Below are positions 1 through 9,203 of a stretch of DNA of 45,539 nucleotides, one piece after another. Every line of letters begins with the position of its first letter. Position 1 is the first letter of the stretch. The notes beneath the pieces are model-generated. The model saw only the letters and a list, made by a program, of their open reading frames with translations, did no database searches and had not been told where the DNA came from. The DNA is from Actinomycetota bacterium (GTDB lineage: Bacteria > Actinomycetota > Acidimicrobiia > Spongiisociales > UBA4744), in assembly GCA_013152275.1 (NCBI GenBank), contig JAADGS010000037.1, positions 1 through 45,539 of the forward strand. Direction: 5' to 3'. Both the position numbers and the translations under genes were made by a program.

Positions 1-388
1 CGCGACCGACCGTAGGCATATCCGCCAGACCGAGCAGGTCCCGCACCGCGGTCCGCACCAACCGACCCTGCACAAACCGACGCAACGCACGTTTGTCGGG
101 CGCCTCGGGTGCTTCGACGGGATCGTCGCGAAACGATGCCAGCCAGGCGGGGTGAGCGCTCAGCAAGGTCGGGATCGCCCTGCTCGCCGCGAAGACGGTG
201 ACGAAGGCCTTGCCGAGGTCGGGGTCACTGCCGGCGAGCTCGGCCAGGTCGGTGTTTGCCTCGAGGAAGTTCAGGAGATGCTCGAGCTCGGCATCCGGGT
301 CATGGGCGCTCTGTAACGTCAGGAGCAGCGTCTGTGCATCCGTCCAGCCGACGGCGTCGAGGCGCTCCAATGCATGCCCGGTGATCAT
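1..388 (-). CDS. glnE: Glutamine synthetase adenylyltransferase, N-terminal part (runs off the window edge)
   Basis: Not in the ORF track. Manual translation from ATG at 388 gives MITGHALERLDAVGW...HDPDAELEHL...LRRFVQGRLVRTAVRDLLGLADMPTVGR, resembling the GlnE 'DPD.AL..L' and 'LRR...RDL.G.AD...VG' blocks. Divergent from nadE. Confidence 0.75.
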   Translation of the reverse strand, partial: MITGHALERLDAVGWTDAQTLLLTLQSAHDPDAELEHLLNFLEANTDLAELAGSDPDLGKAFVTVFAASRAIPTLLSAHPAWLASFRDDPVEAPEAPDKRALRRFVQGRLVRTAVRDLLGLADMPTVGR

Positions 389-462
389 GTACCCGACGAT
401 AGAGCGTCGGCTCCCTTGACGAGGCGCATCGGGTATTCGGCGCTCGGTCCCGCCGGCGGCCC

Positions 463-513
463 CAGTCTCGTCTCTGGCAGCCCGACCAGGTGCGGCCGGC
501 ATTGATGAGAACG
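463..513. repeat. Degenerate copy of the 47-nt-core intergenic palindrome
   Basis: Left arm CAGTCTCGTCTCTG is identical to the arm at 13796; right end CATTGATGAGAACG resembles the right arms at 37203 and 30488. Confidence 0.65.
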
Positions 514-536
514 GGGAATCTCCTAGGCTTGCGACC

Positions 537-2255
537 ATGACCGACACCCTCCGTGTTGCAGGGGCTCAACTCGACCTCGTCGTGGGGGATCTCGAAGGCA
601 ACAGCAGCCGGATCGTCGACGCCATGCGGTGGGCGGAAGGCCAGGATGCAGACATCCTGCTTCTCCCTGAACTGGCTGTTACGGGCTACCCGCCCGAGGA
701 TCTGCTGCTCCGACCCGACTTCGTCGATGAGAACCTGCGCACCGTTCGCTCCCTGGCGCATGAAGCAGGCCGGACGGTCACGATCGTCGGTTTCGCAGAC
801 CCCGTCGATCCGCCCTCCGACGTCCTCGACGATGCCGTCGTGCGCGTTGTGGCCAACGCGGCGGCAGTGCTGTGCGAAGGGAAGGTCAAGGGCGTTTATC
901 ACAAGGTGCTGCTGCCCAACTATGCGGTCTTCGACGAAGACCGCTACTTCCTGAGAGGGCTCGAACCCGACCTGGTTTGGGCGGTATCCGGCGTCGCCGT
1001 CGGGGTGTCGATCTGTGAGGACATCTGGGTGCCGGAAGGACCGCCCACGCATCAGGCGGAGGCGGGGGCGCAGATCCTGTTGAACATCAACGCATCGCCC
1101 TATCACAAGGACAAGGCGGAAGAACGTTCCTCGCTGCTGTCGGCGCAGGCGGTCCGCTCGGGCGTCCCGGTGGCGTATCTGAACATGGTCGGAGGCCAGG
1201 ACGAGTTGGTGTTCGAAGGCGACAGCATGATCTTTACCGCCGACGGTGATCTGCTCTATCGCGCCGTGGAGTTCGAGGAAGAGAGGTTTGTCGTCGACGT
1301 GCCCCTGCCGACGCCGAAGACCGTCAACGGTCGCGTCGTGGAAGTCCGCGGCGGGGCGCTGCCCACGCGAGCACCGCAGCGGCTGCCGGTGAGCCCTGCA
1401 CGTATCGAACCCGAAGAGGCGGAGATCTACACGGCGCTCACGACGGGGCTGCGGGACTACGTACACAAGAACGGGTTCGAGGATGTCGTATTCGGGTTGT
1501 CGGGTGGCATCGACTCGGCACTCGTCGCGGCCATCGCTGTGGACGCTCTCGGTTCCGAACATGTGCGTGGGGTTGCGATGCCCACACGGTTCAGTTCCGA
1601 AGGGTCGGTCACCGACGCACGCGACCTGGCGGAGCGCCTCGGCATCCGCCTCGACCTGATCGCGATCGACGACATCTTCTCTGCATACCTCGACGCCCTC
1701 GGTCCCGTCTTCGAAGGAACCGAGTTCGGCGTTGCCGAGGAGAACCTGCAGGCTCGGATTCGCGGGGCCATCGTGATGGGGATCTCGAACAAGTTCGGGG
1801 AGATGGTCGTGGCGACCGGCAACAAATCCGAGATGGCCGTCGGCTACGCCACCCTCTATGGCGACATGGCGGGCGGGTTCGCCGTTCTCAAAGATGTCTT
1901 CAAGACGCTCGTGTACCGCCTGGCCGAATGGCGCAATCGAGATCGAGAAACGATTCCGCGTTCGATCATCACGAAGGCGCCGTCGGCCGAGCTGCGGCCC
2001 GACCAAAAGGACACCGACTCGCTGCCGCCCTATGAGATCCTCGATCCGATCCTGGAGCGCTACATCGAACAGGACCTGTCGATCGATGAGATCGCGGATG
2101 ACGGATTCGATCGAGACGTTGTCGTTCGGATCGCCCGCATGGTCGACCGGAACGAGTACAAGCGCCGCCAGGCAGCGCCCGGTGTCCGGATTACACGCAA
2201 GGCGTTCGGCAAGGATCGAAGGCTCCCGATCACGAACCGTTACCGACGCACCTGA
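537..2255 (+). CDS. nadE: Glutamine-dependent NAD+ synthetase
   Basis: N-terminal nitrilase domain (PEL..TGYPPEDL, K.LLPNY, SICED) plus synthetase domain (GLSGGIDS, ENLQARIRG, TGNKSE, PSAELRPDQKD, EYKRRQ). Confidence 0.97.
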   Translation: MTDTLRVAGAQLDLVVGDLEGNSSRIVDAMRWAEGQDADILLLPELAVTGYPPEDLLLRPDFVDENLRTVRSLAHEAGRTVTIVGFADPVDPPSDVLDDAVVRVVANAAAVLCEGKVKGVYHKVLLPNYAVFDEDRYFLRGLEPDLVWAVSGVAVGVSICEDIWVPEGPPTHQAEAGAQILLNINASPYHKDKAEERSSLLSAQAVRSGVPVAYLNMVGGQDELVFEGDSMIFTADGDLLYRAVEFEEERFVVDVPLPTPKTVNGRVVEVRGGALPTRAPQRLPVSPARIEPEEAEIYTALTTGLRDYVHKNGFEDVVFGLSGGIDSALVAAIAVDALGSEHVRGVAMPTRFSSEGSVTDARDLAERLGIRLDLIAIDDIFSAYLDALGPVFEGTEFGVAEENLQARIRGAIVMGISNKFGEMVVATGNKSEMAVGYATLYGDMAGGFAVLKDVFKTLVYRLAEWRNRDRETIPRSIITKAPSAELRPDQKDTDSLPPYEILDPILERYIEQDLSIDEIADDGFDRDVVVRIARMVDRNEYKRRQAAPGVRITRKAFGKDRRLPITNRYRRT

Positions 2256-2338
2256 GTCGATCTGCGTTGCACCCGGTGTTTCTCACCTGGTGCCAGGATC
2301 CGACCTGATCACAAGCCGCGGTACCTATCCTTGTCGAC

Positions 2339-3166
2339 ATGCGCGTACTCATCGACGGACGAGCGGTCGACGCAGCCGACGCGGCGATCTCGGTGTTCGA
2401 TCATGGCCTGCTGCGGGGCGACGGATGCTTCGAGGCTCTGCGCTCCTACAACGGATCACCGTACGCCCTCGGTCCTCACCTGGACCGGCTGGCGGCAAGC
2501 GCCGCCCTGCTGCACCTGGATCTGCCGTCGCGCGAGGAAATGGAGACCTGGATCCGAGCGGTCGCTCGCGACGGAGGCGATTGCACGGTTCGGGTCGTCG
2601 CGACAAGAGGAGGCTTCGATCCCGATGTGGACGCGGGCCCACGCGTCGTCGTTCTCTGGGAACCCATCCCGGAGCTTCCGGAGCATCTCCGTGTGCTCCC
2701 ACTGGAGGCGCCGTGGCATTCGGACGGGGCGACGTCGGAGCTCACGGGCGCGAAGACGCTCTCCTATGCGCCCAACATGGCGGCGAACCGTGTTGCCAGG
2801 CTCGCAGGATTCGACGACGCTCTGCTGTACGGGCGTTCGGGTCGGATTCTGGAAGGCCCGACATTCTGTGTCGCCTGGGTGGTCGACGGTGTGTTGGAGA
2901 CCCCGTCTCTGGATCTCGGGATCCTCGCCTCGATCACTCGAGGTGCGACCCTTCAAGAGGCCGAGCGTGCCGGCATCGGGGTTCGTGAGGGACACTTTGG
3001 TCTGGATCGTCTCGATGATGCAGACGAGGTGATGGCTCTGTCGACGGTGAAAGAGGTCAAACCGGTCGTACGAGTGGGAGAACGGCGATTCGTGCCGGGT
3101 CCGGTCACCGAACTTCTCGCACGGCGTTATCGGCAACGTGTGGAAACTGTGCTGACAAACGGCTGA
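2339..3166 (+). CDS. PLP-dependent class IV aminotransferase (IlvE/Dat/PabC family)
   Basis: DHGLLRGDGCFE, HLDRL..SA, AKTLSY (PLP Lys), EGPT, GILASITR. Confidence 0.9.
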   Translation: MRVLIDGRAVDAADAAISVFDHGLLRGDGCFEALRSYNGSPYALGPHLDRLAASAALLHLDLPSREEMETWIRAVARDGGDCTVRVVATRGGFDPDVDAGPRVVVLWEPIPELPEHLRVLPLEAPWHSDGATSELTGAKTLSYAPNMAANRVARLAGFDDALLYGRSGRILEGPTFCVAWVVDGVLETPSLDLGILASITRGATLQEAERAGIGVREGHFGLDRLDDADEVMALSTVKEVKPVVRVGERRFVPGPVTELLARRYRQRVETVLTNG

Positions 3167-3208
3167 CTTGCAGTACCGTGGGGTTGAATCGAACGAAGGA
3201 GTGAGCCA

Positions 3209-3688
3209 GTGCGACGCCTCATCCCTCTTCTCGCGCTCGTGATGATCCTTGCGGCATGCAGCAAGGGGACGGAACCGGACCTGACAACGACGACGAGGGC
3301 GGTTTCCTCGACGACGACTGCCACGACTCTTGCCTCCACTACGCCCACGACGCAATCGTCCGACACGACCAGCACAACGTCCGGCAGCCTTCCCGGCTAT
3401 ACGGTCGTCGCCGGAAGTGCAGGAGGCACCCTCGTGATCCTTCTGGATCCTGGCAACTACAGCGACATCGACATACGCAACGTCGTGGATGACGCGATCG
3501 AGCGGTTCTCGCCGGTCGAACTCCACGTGGTCGACTCTCGAGAGGCAGCCGATCTCGTCCTCGTCGAGAATCCGACCGCGGATCAGCAGAAGATCCTTGA
3601 TGCCCATCAGTTCGCCCGGGTCACCGACGATCAGCTCGAGTTCCTCGGCCCGTACGCATCCTCAGGATCGGTGAGCATCGGGTCCTGA
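3209..3688 (+). CDS. Hypothetical lipoprotein with Thr/Ser-rich linker
   Basis: GAAGGAG RBS, GTG start, signal peptide with lipobox LAAC, poly-Thr/Ser tract, then a small domain. Confidence 0.8.
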   Translation: MRRLIPLLALVMILAACSKGTEPDLTTTTRAVSSTTTATTLASTTPTTQSSDTTSTTSGSLPGYTVVAGSAGGTLVILLDPGNYSDIDIRNVVDDAIERFSPVELHVVDSREAADLVLVENPTADQQKILDAHQFARVTDDQLEFLGPYASSGSVSIGS

Positions 3689-3930
3689 TCTTCAGGAGGT
3701 CGCCAGGCCGTTGGGGAAGATATCACCCGACGGCAGCCGTGTCGGGGGTCGAAGGGTGTTCGTGTGGCCGGATCGGCTTCGAATCGGAAGTGCGCGAGCG
3801 AGTCGTCTGCGTGCGAAGGGAAACCCACCATCGAGGATGCCTGTGGGTGGAGACTCTCGAGGTGGGGTGTCACGGAACGTGGCACGGTACTTTCCACCAG
3901 AGCCCGCACAACCACCCGCCGAAGACGAAT

Positions 3931-5325
3931 TCAGGCGCAGCCTCGCGGCGGGTCCGTCGAGAGAACGAGGAGCGTATCCCCGAAACCGACCGGTGAAGTC
4001 CAGACGGGATCCCGGGTGATGGTGGTCCAGAGCGTTTCCCCGGTCGATGGGTCGACGCGACGGAGGACACCCTGATCCGGATCTGCCTCGCTCCCGCCAC
4101 CAGACCTGTTCTCGGCGACGTACAAGTCGCCGCCGAGAACCACGGGAATGTCCGCCACGGTCGAGTAGCGATCGGCGATGGTCAGCGTCTTTTCCCAGAG
4201 GACTGTGCCGTCGGAAGCGAGTATGGCGGAGAGTGTTGCTGTACGAGTGCCGCTGGTTGCGATGAAGATGCGCCCCTCGCCGGATGTCGCGGCCAATCGC
4301 ATGTTCCGATCGGGTTCGACTTCGAGGTCCCAGGCGACCTTCCCGGTGGCAATCGAGATGGCGTTGACGACTCCGATCTGCGGCCAATGCAGCAATACGA
4401 GCGGGCCGCCCGTGGAGATGGTTTCGGCCGGCATGCGTGGAGCATCTTCACCGACCGCAGGATTCACCAGTTGCACGGCCCAGAGCTGCGCGCCGGTCTC
4501 CGCATGCAGACCGACCAGCCGATCTCCGTCCTGGGGTGCCGGGTACTCCTTGCCTCCAAGGAGGGTGGTCAAGCGATCGGTATGGACCACCACCACGTCT
4601 TTCCACAGATCGATCCCGCGGACCGTCACTCCGGATCGGGCATCCCACTTCCAGAGGGCATCTCCGGTCTCCGGATCGAGCCGAGAGACACGACCCTCGA
4701 ACGCCGGATGGAAGAGCAGTCCATCGAGTACGACCGGGTTACTGCCGAAGTCGCCGAGCGTGGCGTGGTTCCAGAGTTCTTCGCCCGTGTTCACATCGAT
4801 GGCCCGGACGGTGCCACCGACGTTGACGAAGAGCCGATCACCATCGAAGGCCGGATCGGCATTGAACTCCCCGCCAGTTTTGTACTTCCAGGCCTCTCTC
4901 CCTGACGCCGGGTCGAACCGTACCAGCAGGCCGGAATCCCAATCTGCCACCACAACGGAGTCGTCGGCCAGGATCCATCGGTCGTTCCCGCGTCGCAATG
5001 CCTGCCACAACGGGGCGCCGGTGAGCGCGTCGACCACAACGGCCCCCGTATCCGTCTCGATCATCGCGAGTCCATCACTTGCCTGCAATCGGCCTGACGA
5101 CGAGTGCGGCACGTCCACCTGCCAAAGGACCTTGCCGGTCTCGACCGACACGGCACTCAGCTGTGCTTGCAGGTCGAACGAGCAGTTCCCACGGCCAGAC
5201 GACCGATCGATCTTGAAGCCCTCACCGTCCCCGAGCGTGAACGACCGGTCGACGAGGACACACGACGCCAACAACACGGCAATCGTGAGGACGGCAGAAA
5301 CCCTGGCAAGCCTCATGGACTCCAT
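3931..5325 (-). CDS. PQQ-like (BamB-type) beta-propeller repeat lipoprotein
   Basis: Lipobox LASC; many 'A(I/L)D..TG...W' tryptophan-docking repeats. Confidence 0.85.
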   Translation of the reverse strand: MESMRLARVSAVLTIAVLLASCVLVDRSFTLGDGEGFKIDRSSGRGNCSFDLQAQLSAVSVETGKVLWQVDVPHSSSGRLQASDGLAMIETDTGAVVVDALTGAPLWQALRRGNDRWILADDSVVVADWDSGLLVRFDPASGREAWKYKTGGEFNADPAFDGDRLFVNVGGTVRAIDVNTGEELWNHATLGDFGSNPVVLDGLLFHPAFEGRVSRLDPETGDALWKWDARSGVTVRGIDLWKDVVVVHTDRLTTLLGGKEYPAPQDGDRLVGLHAETGAQLWAVQLVNPAVGEDAPRMPAETISTGGPLVLLHWPQIGVVNAISIATGKVAWDLEVEPDRNMRLAATSGEGRIFIATSGTRTATLSAILASDGTVLWEKTLTIADRYSTVADIPVVLGGDLYVAENRSGGGSEADPDQGVLRRVDPSTGETLWTTITRDPVWTSPVGFGDTLLVLSTDPPRGCA

Positions 5326-5506
5326 TGTGTCACCTATCGACGCGCGCGCAGTCGCTTTCCGCCCACCGCACCGCCACTGTCACCAGTTCTCTGCGGCTCG
5401 ATCCTCGCCCTTCCGGGACCGACCACACCGGAACGTGGGTGTCTCGGCCTCGGATCTCCCTTCGATGCCGAAGAGTGTCCGTGGCGGGAGTTCTGGAGGG
5501 GCCCCC

Positions 5507-5534
5507 TCAACTTTCGCGCCCGGTGTGACGATAG
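5507..5534 (+). promoter_or_regulatory. Candidate sigma28 (FliA/WhiG-type) promoter
   Basis: TCAA-N16-GACGATAG versus consensus TAAA-N15/16-GCCGATAA, just upstream of the AGGAGG RBS of the diguanylate cyclase gene. Confidence 0.5.
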
Positions 5535-5549
5535 AGGCCCCAGGAGGTA

Positions 5550-7130
5550 GTGCTGAAACCGAGAGTCCTGCTCGTTGACGACGACCTGGTCAGCAGAACT
5601 GCTTCATCACGCATACTTGCCGAGGCGGGTATCGAAGTCGTTAGTCATGCCGGGAGTGCCGAAGAGGCACTCCAAGTGGCGCGCATGACTCAGCCCACCG
5701 TGGTGGTGGTGGATGCCGGCCTACCGGGTTCGCAGGAACTCGTCGGCAAGCTGCGATCATCCATGGAGACCCGGCTGGAAGTCATAGCGGCGAGTGGCTT
5801 CGGAAGTGTGGACGGAATCGGGAAGATGGTCCTTTCAGGTGCTTCCGCCTTCGTGGTCAAGGGCAAGCCTTCCGATCTCGTCGCTGCCGTCAGGTCCGTC
5901 TCTGTCGGATCCGGTCTGCTCTCGGCCGAGGCGAGCGCACCGGTGCTTCGCGAGGTTCGGAAACTGTACGAGCGCGAACGGACTCGCAACGAGCGTCTCG
6001 AGAAGGCGGTCCACAGGCTGCAGACACTTTCGGTCACCGACCCACTCACGGGACTCAAGAACCATGGGTTCTTCTTCGATCGCCTCGGAGAGGAACTCGA
6101 ACGGGCCCGCCGCTACGAACGCCCACTCTCCGTGATCATCGCCGACATCGACGATTTCAAGGCGATCAACGACACGTACGGCCATGCCGTCGGAGATCGG
6201 GTGCTCCGTTCGCTCGGCGAGGCCTTTGGCAGTCGGCTTCGCGAGGTCGACATCGCCTGTCGAATCGGAGGCGAAGAGTTCGGGTTCGCGTTGCCGGAAA
6301 CCGACGAGACGGGAGCGGTACAGGTTGCCGAACGACTGCTCACATCCGTCGAGCATCTCGATCTTCCAGAGGCGGGCCTCGTCACACTCAGCATCGGCAT
6401 CTCCGTGTTTCCGGCCCATGCCGACAACCAGGAGGAACTCGTCGAATCCGCCGACATGGCGCTCTATCAGGCGAAACACGAAGGCAAGAACTGTGTGCGG
6501 GTCGCCGGGCACAGCTTGCTCACCACGGAGGTGACGCGAGCGCGCCCTGTGATGGCACCGGTCGTCGACGCCCTGATCGGAGTTCTCCGTCTCCGCTCAC
6601 CCAAGATGTTCGAACAGTCGATGAAGGTCGCCGACGTCGCCACATCGATCGGTGGCGAACTCGGGTTGAGCGTCGCCAGGACCGGACGTGTGCACTTGGC
6701 GGCAATGCTGCACGATGTCGGGATGGTCGGCGTCCCGGACTCCATCTTGCTGAAACCGGGCCCGCTCGAGCCTTCGGAGTGGGAAGTCGTTCGGCGGCAT
6801 CCGCACAGCGGCATCGAATTGGTCGCCGGATCGGTCCATCCCGAGGTGACTCAGGCCGTGCTGACCCACCACGAGCGGATGGACGGAACGGGATACCCGA
6901 ACGGCGTGCCCGGTGCCTCGATCCCGCTGCTCGGTCGTGTCTTGCACACCGCCGACGCGTTCGTGGCGATGATCTCATCCCGTCCTCGGAGACCGGCCAT
7001 GTCTCCCCAAGAGGCCATTGCGGCGATGCGCGCCCAGGCAGGTACCGACTTCGACCCGGATGCCGTCGAAGCCCTCGAGAGGGCCGTTGTCGGATCCGGT
7101 GTCACGCCGTTGCGCCTCGTTGTCGGCTAG
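5550..7130 (+). CDS. REC-GGDEF-HD-GYP response regulator / diguanylate cyclase
   Basis: REC (LLVDDD, VVVVDAGLP), TDPLTGL.N, DIDDFK.IND.YGH..GD, RxxD (REVD) with GGEEF, HDVG...HHERMDGTGYP. Confidence 0.92.
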   Translation: MLKPRVLLVDDDLVSRTASSRILAEAGIEVVSHAGSAEEALQVARMTQPTVVVVDAGLPGSQELVGKLRSSMETRLEVIAASGFGSVDGIGKMVLSGASAFVVKGKPSDLVAAVRSVSVGSGLLSAEASAPVLREVRKLYERERTRNERLEKAVHRLQTLSVTDPLTGLKNHGFFFDRLGEELERARRYERPLSVIIADIDDFKAINDTYGHAVGDRVLRSLGEAFGSRLREVDIACRIGGEEFGFALPETDETGAVQVAERLLTSVEHLDLPEAGLVTLSIGISVFPAHADNQEELVESADMALYQAKHEGKNCVRVAGHSLLTTEVTRARPVMAPVVDALIGVLRLRSPKMFEQSMKVADVATSIGGELGLSVARTGRVHLAAMLHDVGMVGVPDSILLKPGPLEPSEWEVVRRHPHSGIELVAGSVHPEVTQAVLTHHERMDGTGYPNGVPGASIPLLGRVLHTADAFVAMISSRPRRPAMSPQEAIAAMRAQAGTDFDPDAVEALERAVVGSGVTPLRLVVG

Positions 7131-7170
7131 AGCCTCCAGACTCGCCCTGCGGTCTTGCAGCACCGCCGGT

Positions 7171-7218
7171 ACCGAATACCGAATACAAAGCACGAGGTGC
7201 CAAGTACAGAGCACGGCG
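7171..7218. repeat. Degenerate 7-nt tandem repeat
   Basis: ACCGAAT ACCGAAT ACAAAGC ACGAGGT GCCAAGT ACAGAGC ACGG. Confidence 0.6.
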
Positions 7219-7268
7219 AGTGACGCGCACAGCCGCCGGTCCACGCACCGGCATCACTCGGCAGACCC

Positions 7269-8648
7269 CTACAGCAACAGGCTCGCGACCAGGAGGAAGC
7301 CCCCGAAGCCGGTCAGGTCGGTGATCGTCGTCACGAAGAGGTTGGATCCCAGCGCAGGATCGAATCCGAGTCTGCGAAGGGCGAGGGGGAGGGCCGATCC
7401 TGCAAGGCCCGCGACGATGAGGTTGGCCAGGACACTGATGAAGATGACGAGACCGATGTGCGGATCCTTCAGGAGGGCTGCGGCAATCAGCCCCGCGAGT
7501 GTCGCCGTCAAGATGCCGTTGGAAAACCCGAGGGCGAGTTCTCTGGTGATGACGCGAAAGCTTCTGTTGGGGGAGATATCGCGTGTCGCGAGACCGCGGA
7601 TCACGACCGCGAGGCTCATCGCACCGCTGTCGCCGCCGATCCGGGCGACGAGCGGCATCAACGAGGCCAGCAGTGGAGCAGCGGCGATCTGAGTCTGGAA
7701 GGTGGCGACGACCAGCGACACGGTGCCCGAGAGCGCCAGATCGAAGAACAGCCAGGGCATGCGCATTCGGATCGATCGCCGGACGGGTGTGAATACGGTC
7801 TCTTCTCCACCGGCACCCATCGCAACCGCAAAGTCCTCGCCGGCTTCCCGCTCTACGGCGTCGATGACCTCGTCGACCGTGACTATCCCGAGGAGCCGGT
7901 CGTCGAAGTCGACGACCGGGACGCTGAAGAGGTTGTATCGCCGGGCGAGCTCGGCCACTTCCTCACGGTCCGTCAGCGGGGTCACTTTGACGGGGTTGTG
8001 GACCATCACCTCGTCGAGGCCATCGCCGGGCCGGGCGAACACGAGCTCGCGAAACGACAGGACGCCGACGAGGCGACCGGAGTCGTCGACCACGTAGACA
8101 TACGAAAGATCCTCGATCTCCTCATGCAGCTGACGGATGCGTTCGATCGCTTCTCCCGCGGTGAGGCCGATGGGCAGCGTCGCAACGCGCAGCGTCATCA
8201 GACCGCCGGCAGAATCGGACGGGTAGGAGAGGATGTGACGGATCGCTTCCGCGGTCTGCTCGGAGACAGCCGACAGGATGCGCTCTTTGTGCTCGGGCTC
8301 GAGTGCACCGATCAGGTCGGCTGCCTGAGCGGGAGGCATGGCCTCGATGAGCGACGCCGCTCGTATCGCGGTGACCTCTTCGAGAACGTCGGCGGCCAGA
8401 TCATCCTGCATCTCTTCGAGAATGTCTGCAGCTTCCGGAGGAAGGAGATTGCGGATCAGATCGGCGGCAGCCTCATCGCCCAACTCCTCGAGGATGTCCG
8501 CTGCGTCGTGCGGGTCGGCCTGCGCGAGTTCGGTCCACTCGTCGGTGTGCGAGTCGAGATAGGCCTCGACCTCCTCGGGCTTCTTTCGGGCGCGCGAAGC
8601 GAGCCGTTGTGCGAGTTCACGTGGGCGCGGCAGTCGCTTCTTGTCCAT
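7269..8648 (-). CDS. mgtE: Magnesium transporter MgtE
   Basis: Acidic N-domain repeats, Y..DSAGGLMT, CBS pair, R.PWL, DPAL.S..FVTTITD. Confidence 0.95.
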   Translation of the reverse strand: MDKKRLPRPRELAQRLASRARKKPEEVEAYLDSHTDEWTELAQADPHDAADILEELGDEAAADLIRNLLPPEAADILEEMQDDLAADVLEEVTAIRAASLIEAMPPAQAADLIGALEPEHKERILSAVSEQTAEAIRHILSYPSDSAGGLMTLRVATLPIGLTAGEAIERIRQLHEEIEDLSYVYVVDDSGRLVGVLSFRELVFARPGDGLDEVMVHNPVKVTPLTDREEVAELARRYNLFSVPVVDFDDRLLGIVTVDEVIDAVEREAGEDFAVAMGAGGEETVFTPVRRSIRMRMPWLFFDLALSGTVSLVVATFQTQIAAAPLLASLMPLVARIGGDSGAMSLAVVIRGLATRDISPNRSFRVITRELALGFSNGILTATLAGLIAAALLKDPHIGLVIFISVLANLIVAGLAGSALPLALRRLGFDPALGSNLFVTTITDLTGFGGFLLVASLLL

Positions 8649-8689
8649 GGGTCCTCCGGGCTGCCGCTCAGGCTACTTGGTGGTGCCGC

Positions 8690-9169
8690 TCAGTCGGCCT
8701 CGAACGGACGGATTCCTGCGACGACGACCGTGAAGACGCCGCCGGGTGCAGCATAGGAGACCTCGTCACCGACGGCGGCGCCGATGAGTGCCGTACCGAG
8801 AGGACCACCGGGAGAAGCGAGGAATACTCCAGGAATCTTGTTCTCCGGTGTTGCGATGAGGTACTCGGTTTCGTCGCCGTCTTCATCGACGACCGTGACG
8901 AGTGAGCCGATCTCCACCTTGTCGGTGGCTCCGACTTCACGAACCTCGGCGTGTTCGATGATCTGGCGGACCTTGCGGATCCGGGCTTCCATCAGCCCCT
9001 GCTCGTTTTTGGCGGCGTCATAGTCTGCGTTCTCTCTGATATCCCCGTGAGAGCGCGCCTCGGCGATGCGCTCTGAAGCGCTGAGGCGGCCTTCGCCTTC
9101 GAGGTAGTTCAGTTCGTCGAGGAGCTTGCGGTGAGCCGCCGGCGTGAGCCAGATTGTTTCGCCCGTCAT
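8690..9169 (-). CDS. greA: Transcription elongation factor GreA
   Basis: WLT..A..KL..EL, IAEARSHGDIRENADYDAAK.EQ..EARI, SP.GPLG.AL.G; start trimmed to ATG 9169. Confidence 0.95.
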   Translation of the reverse strand: MTGETIWLTPAAHRKLLDELNYLEGEGRLSASERIAEARSHGDIRENADYDAAKNEQGLMEARIRKVRQIIEHAEVREVGATDKVEIGSLVTVVDEDGDETEYLIATPENKIPGVFLASPGGPLGTALIGAAVGDEVSYAAPGGVFTVVVAGIRPFEAD

Positions 9170-9203
9170 GGCCGGGCAGCATAGCGAGATGCAATCGGTA
9201 CCG

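Noticed and set aside
300..2006. Long antisense and alternate-frame ORFs (e.g. 300..2006, 4178..5578, 7458..8756, 14377..15792, 15991..17358, 35319..37088, 40430..41917)
   Set aside because: Shadow ORFs of recognisable genes, expected in high-GC DNA; no family motifs
3689..3930. 240-nt intergenic region with GC-rich hairpins
   Set aside because: No recognisable riboswitch, tRNA or repeat family; lies between convergent 3' ends
3631..3933. Possible Sec readthrough of the beta-propeller gene (ends GCA-TGA, in frame with ORF 3631..3915)
   Set aside because: The downstream translation is not protein-like and overlaps the convergent gene; the terminal Cys more plausibly forms a disulfide
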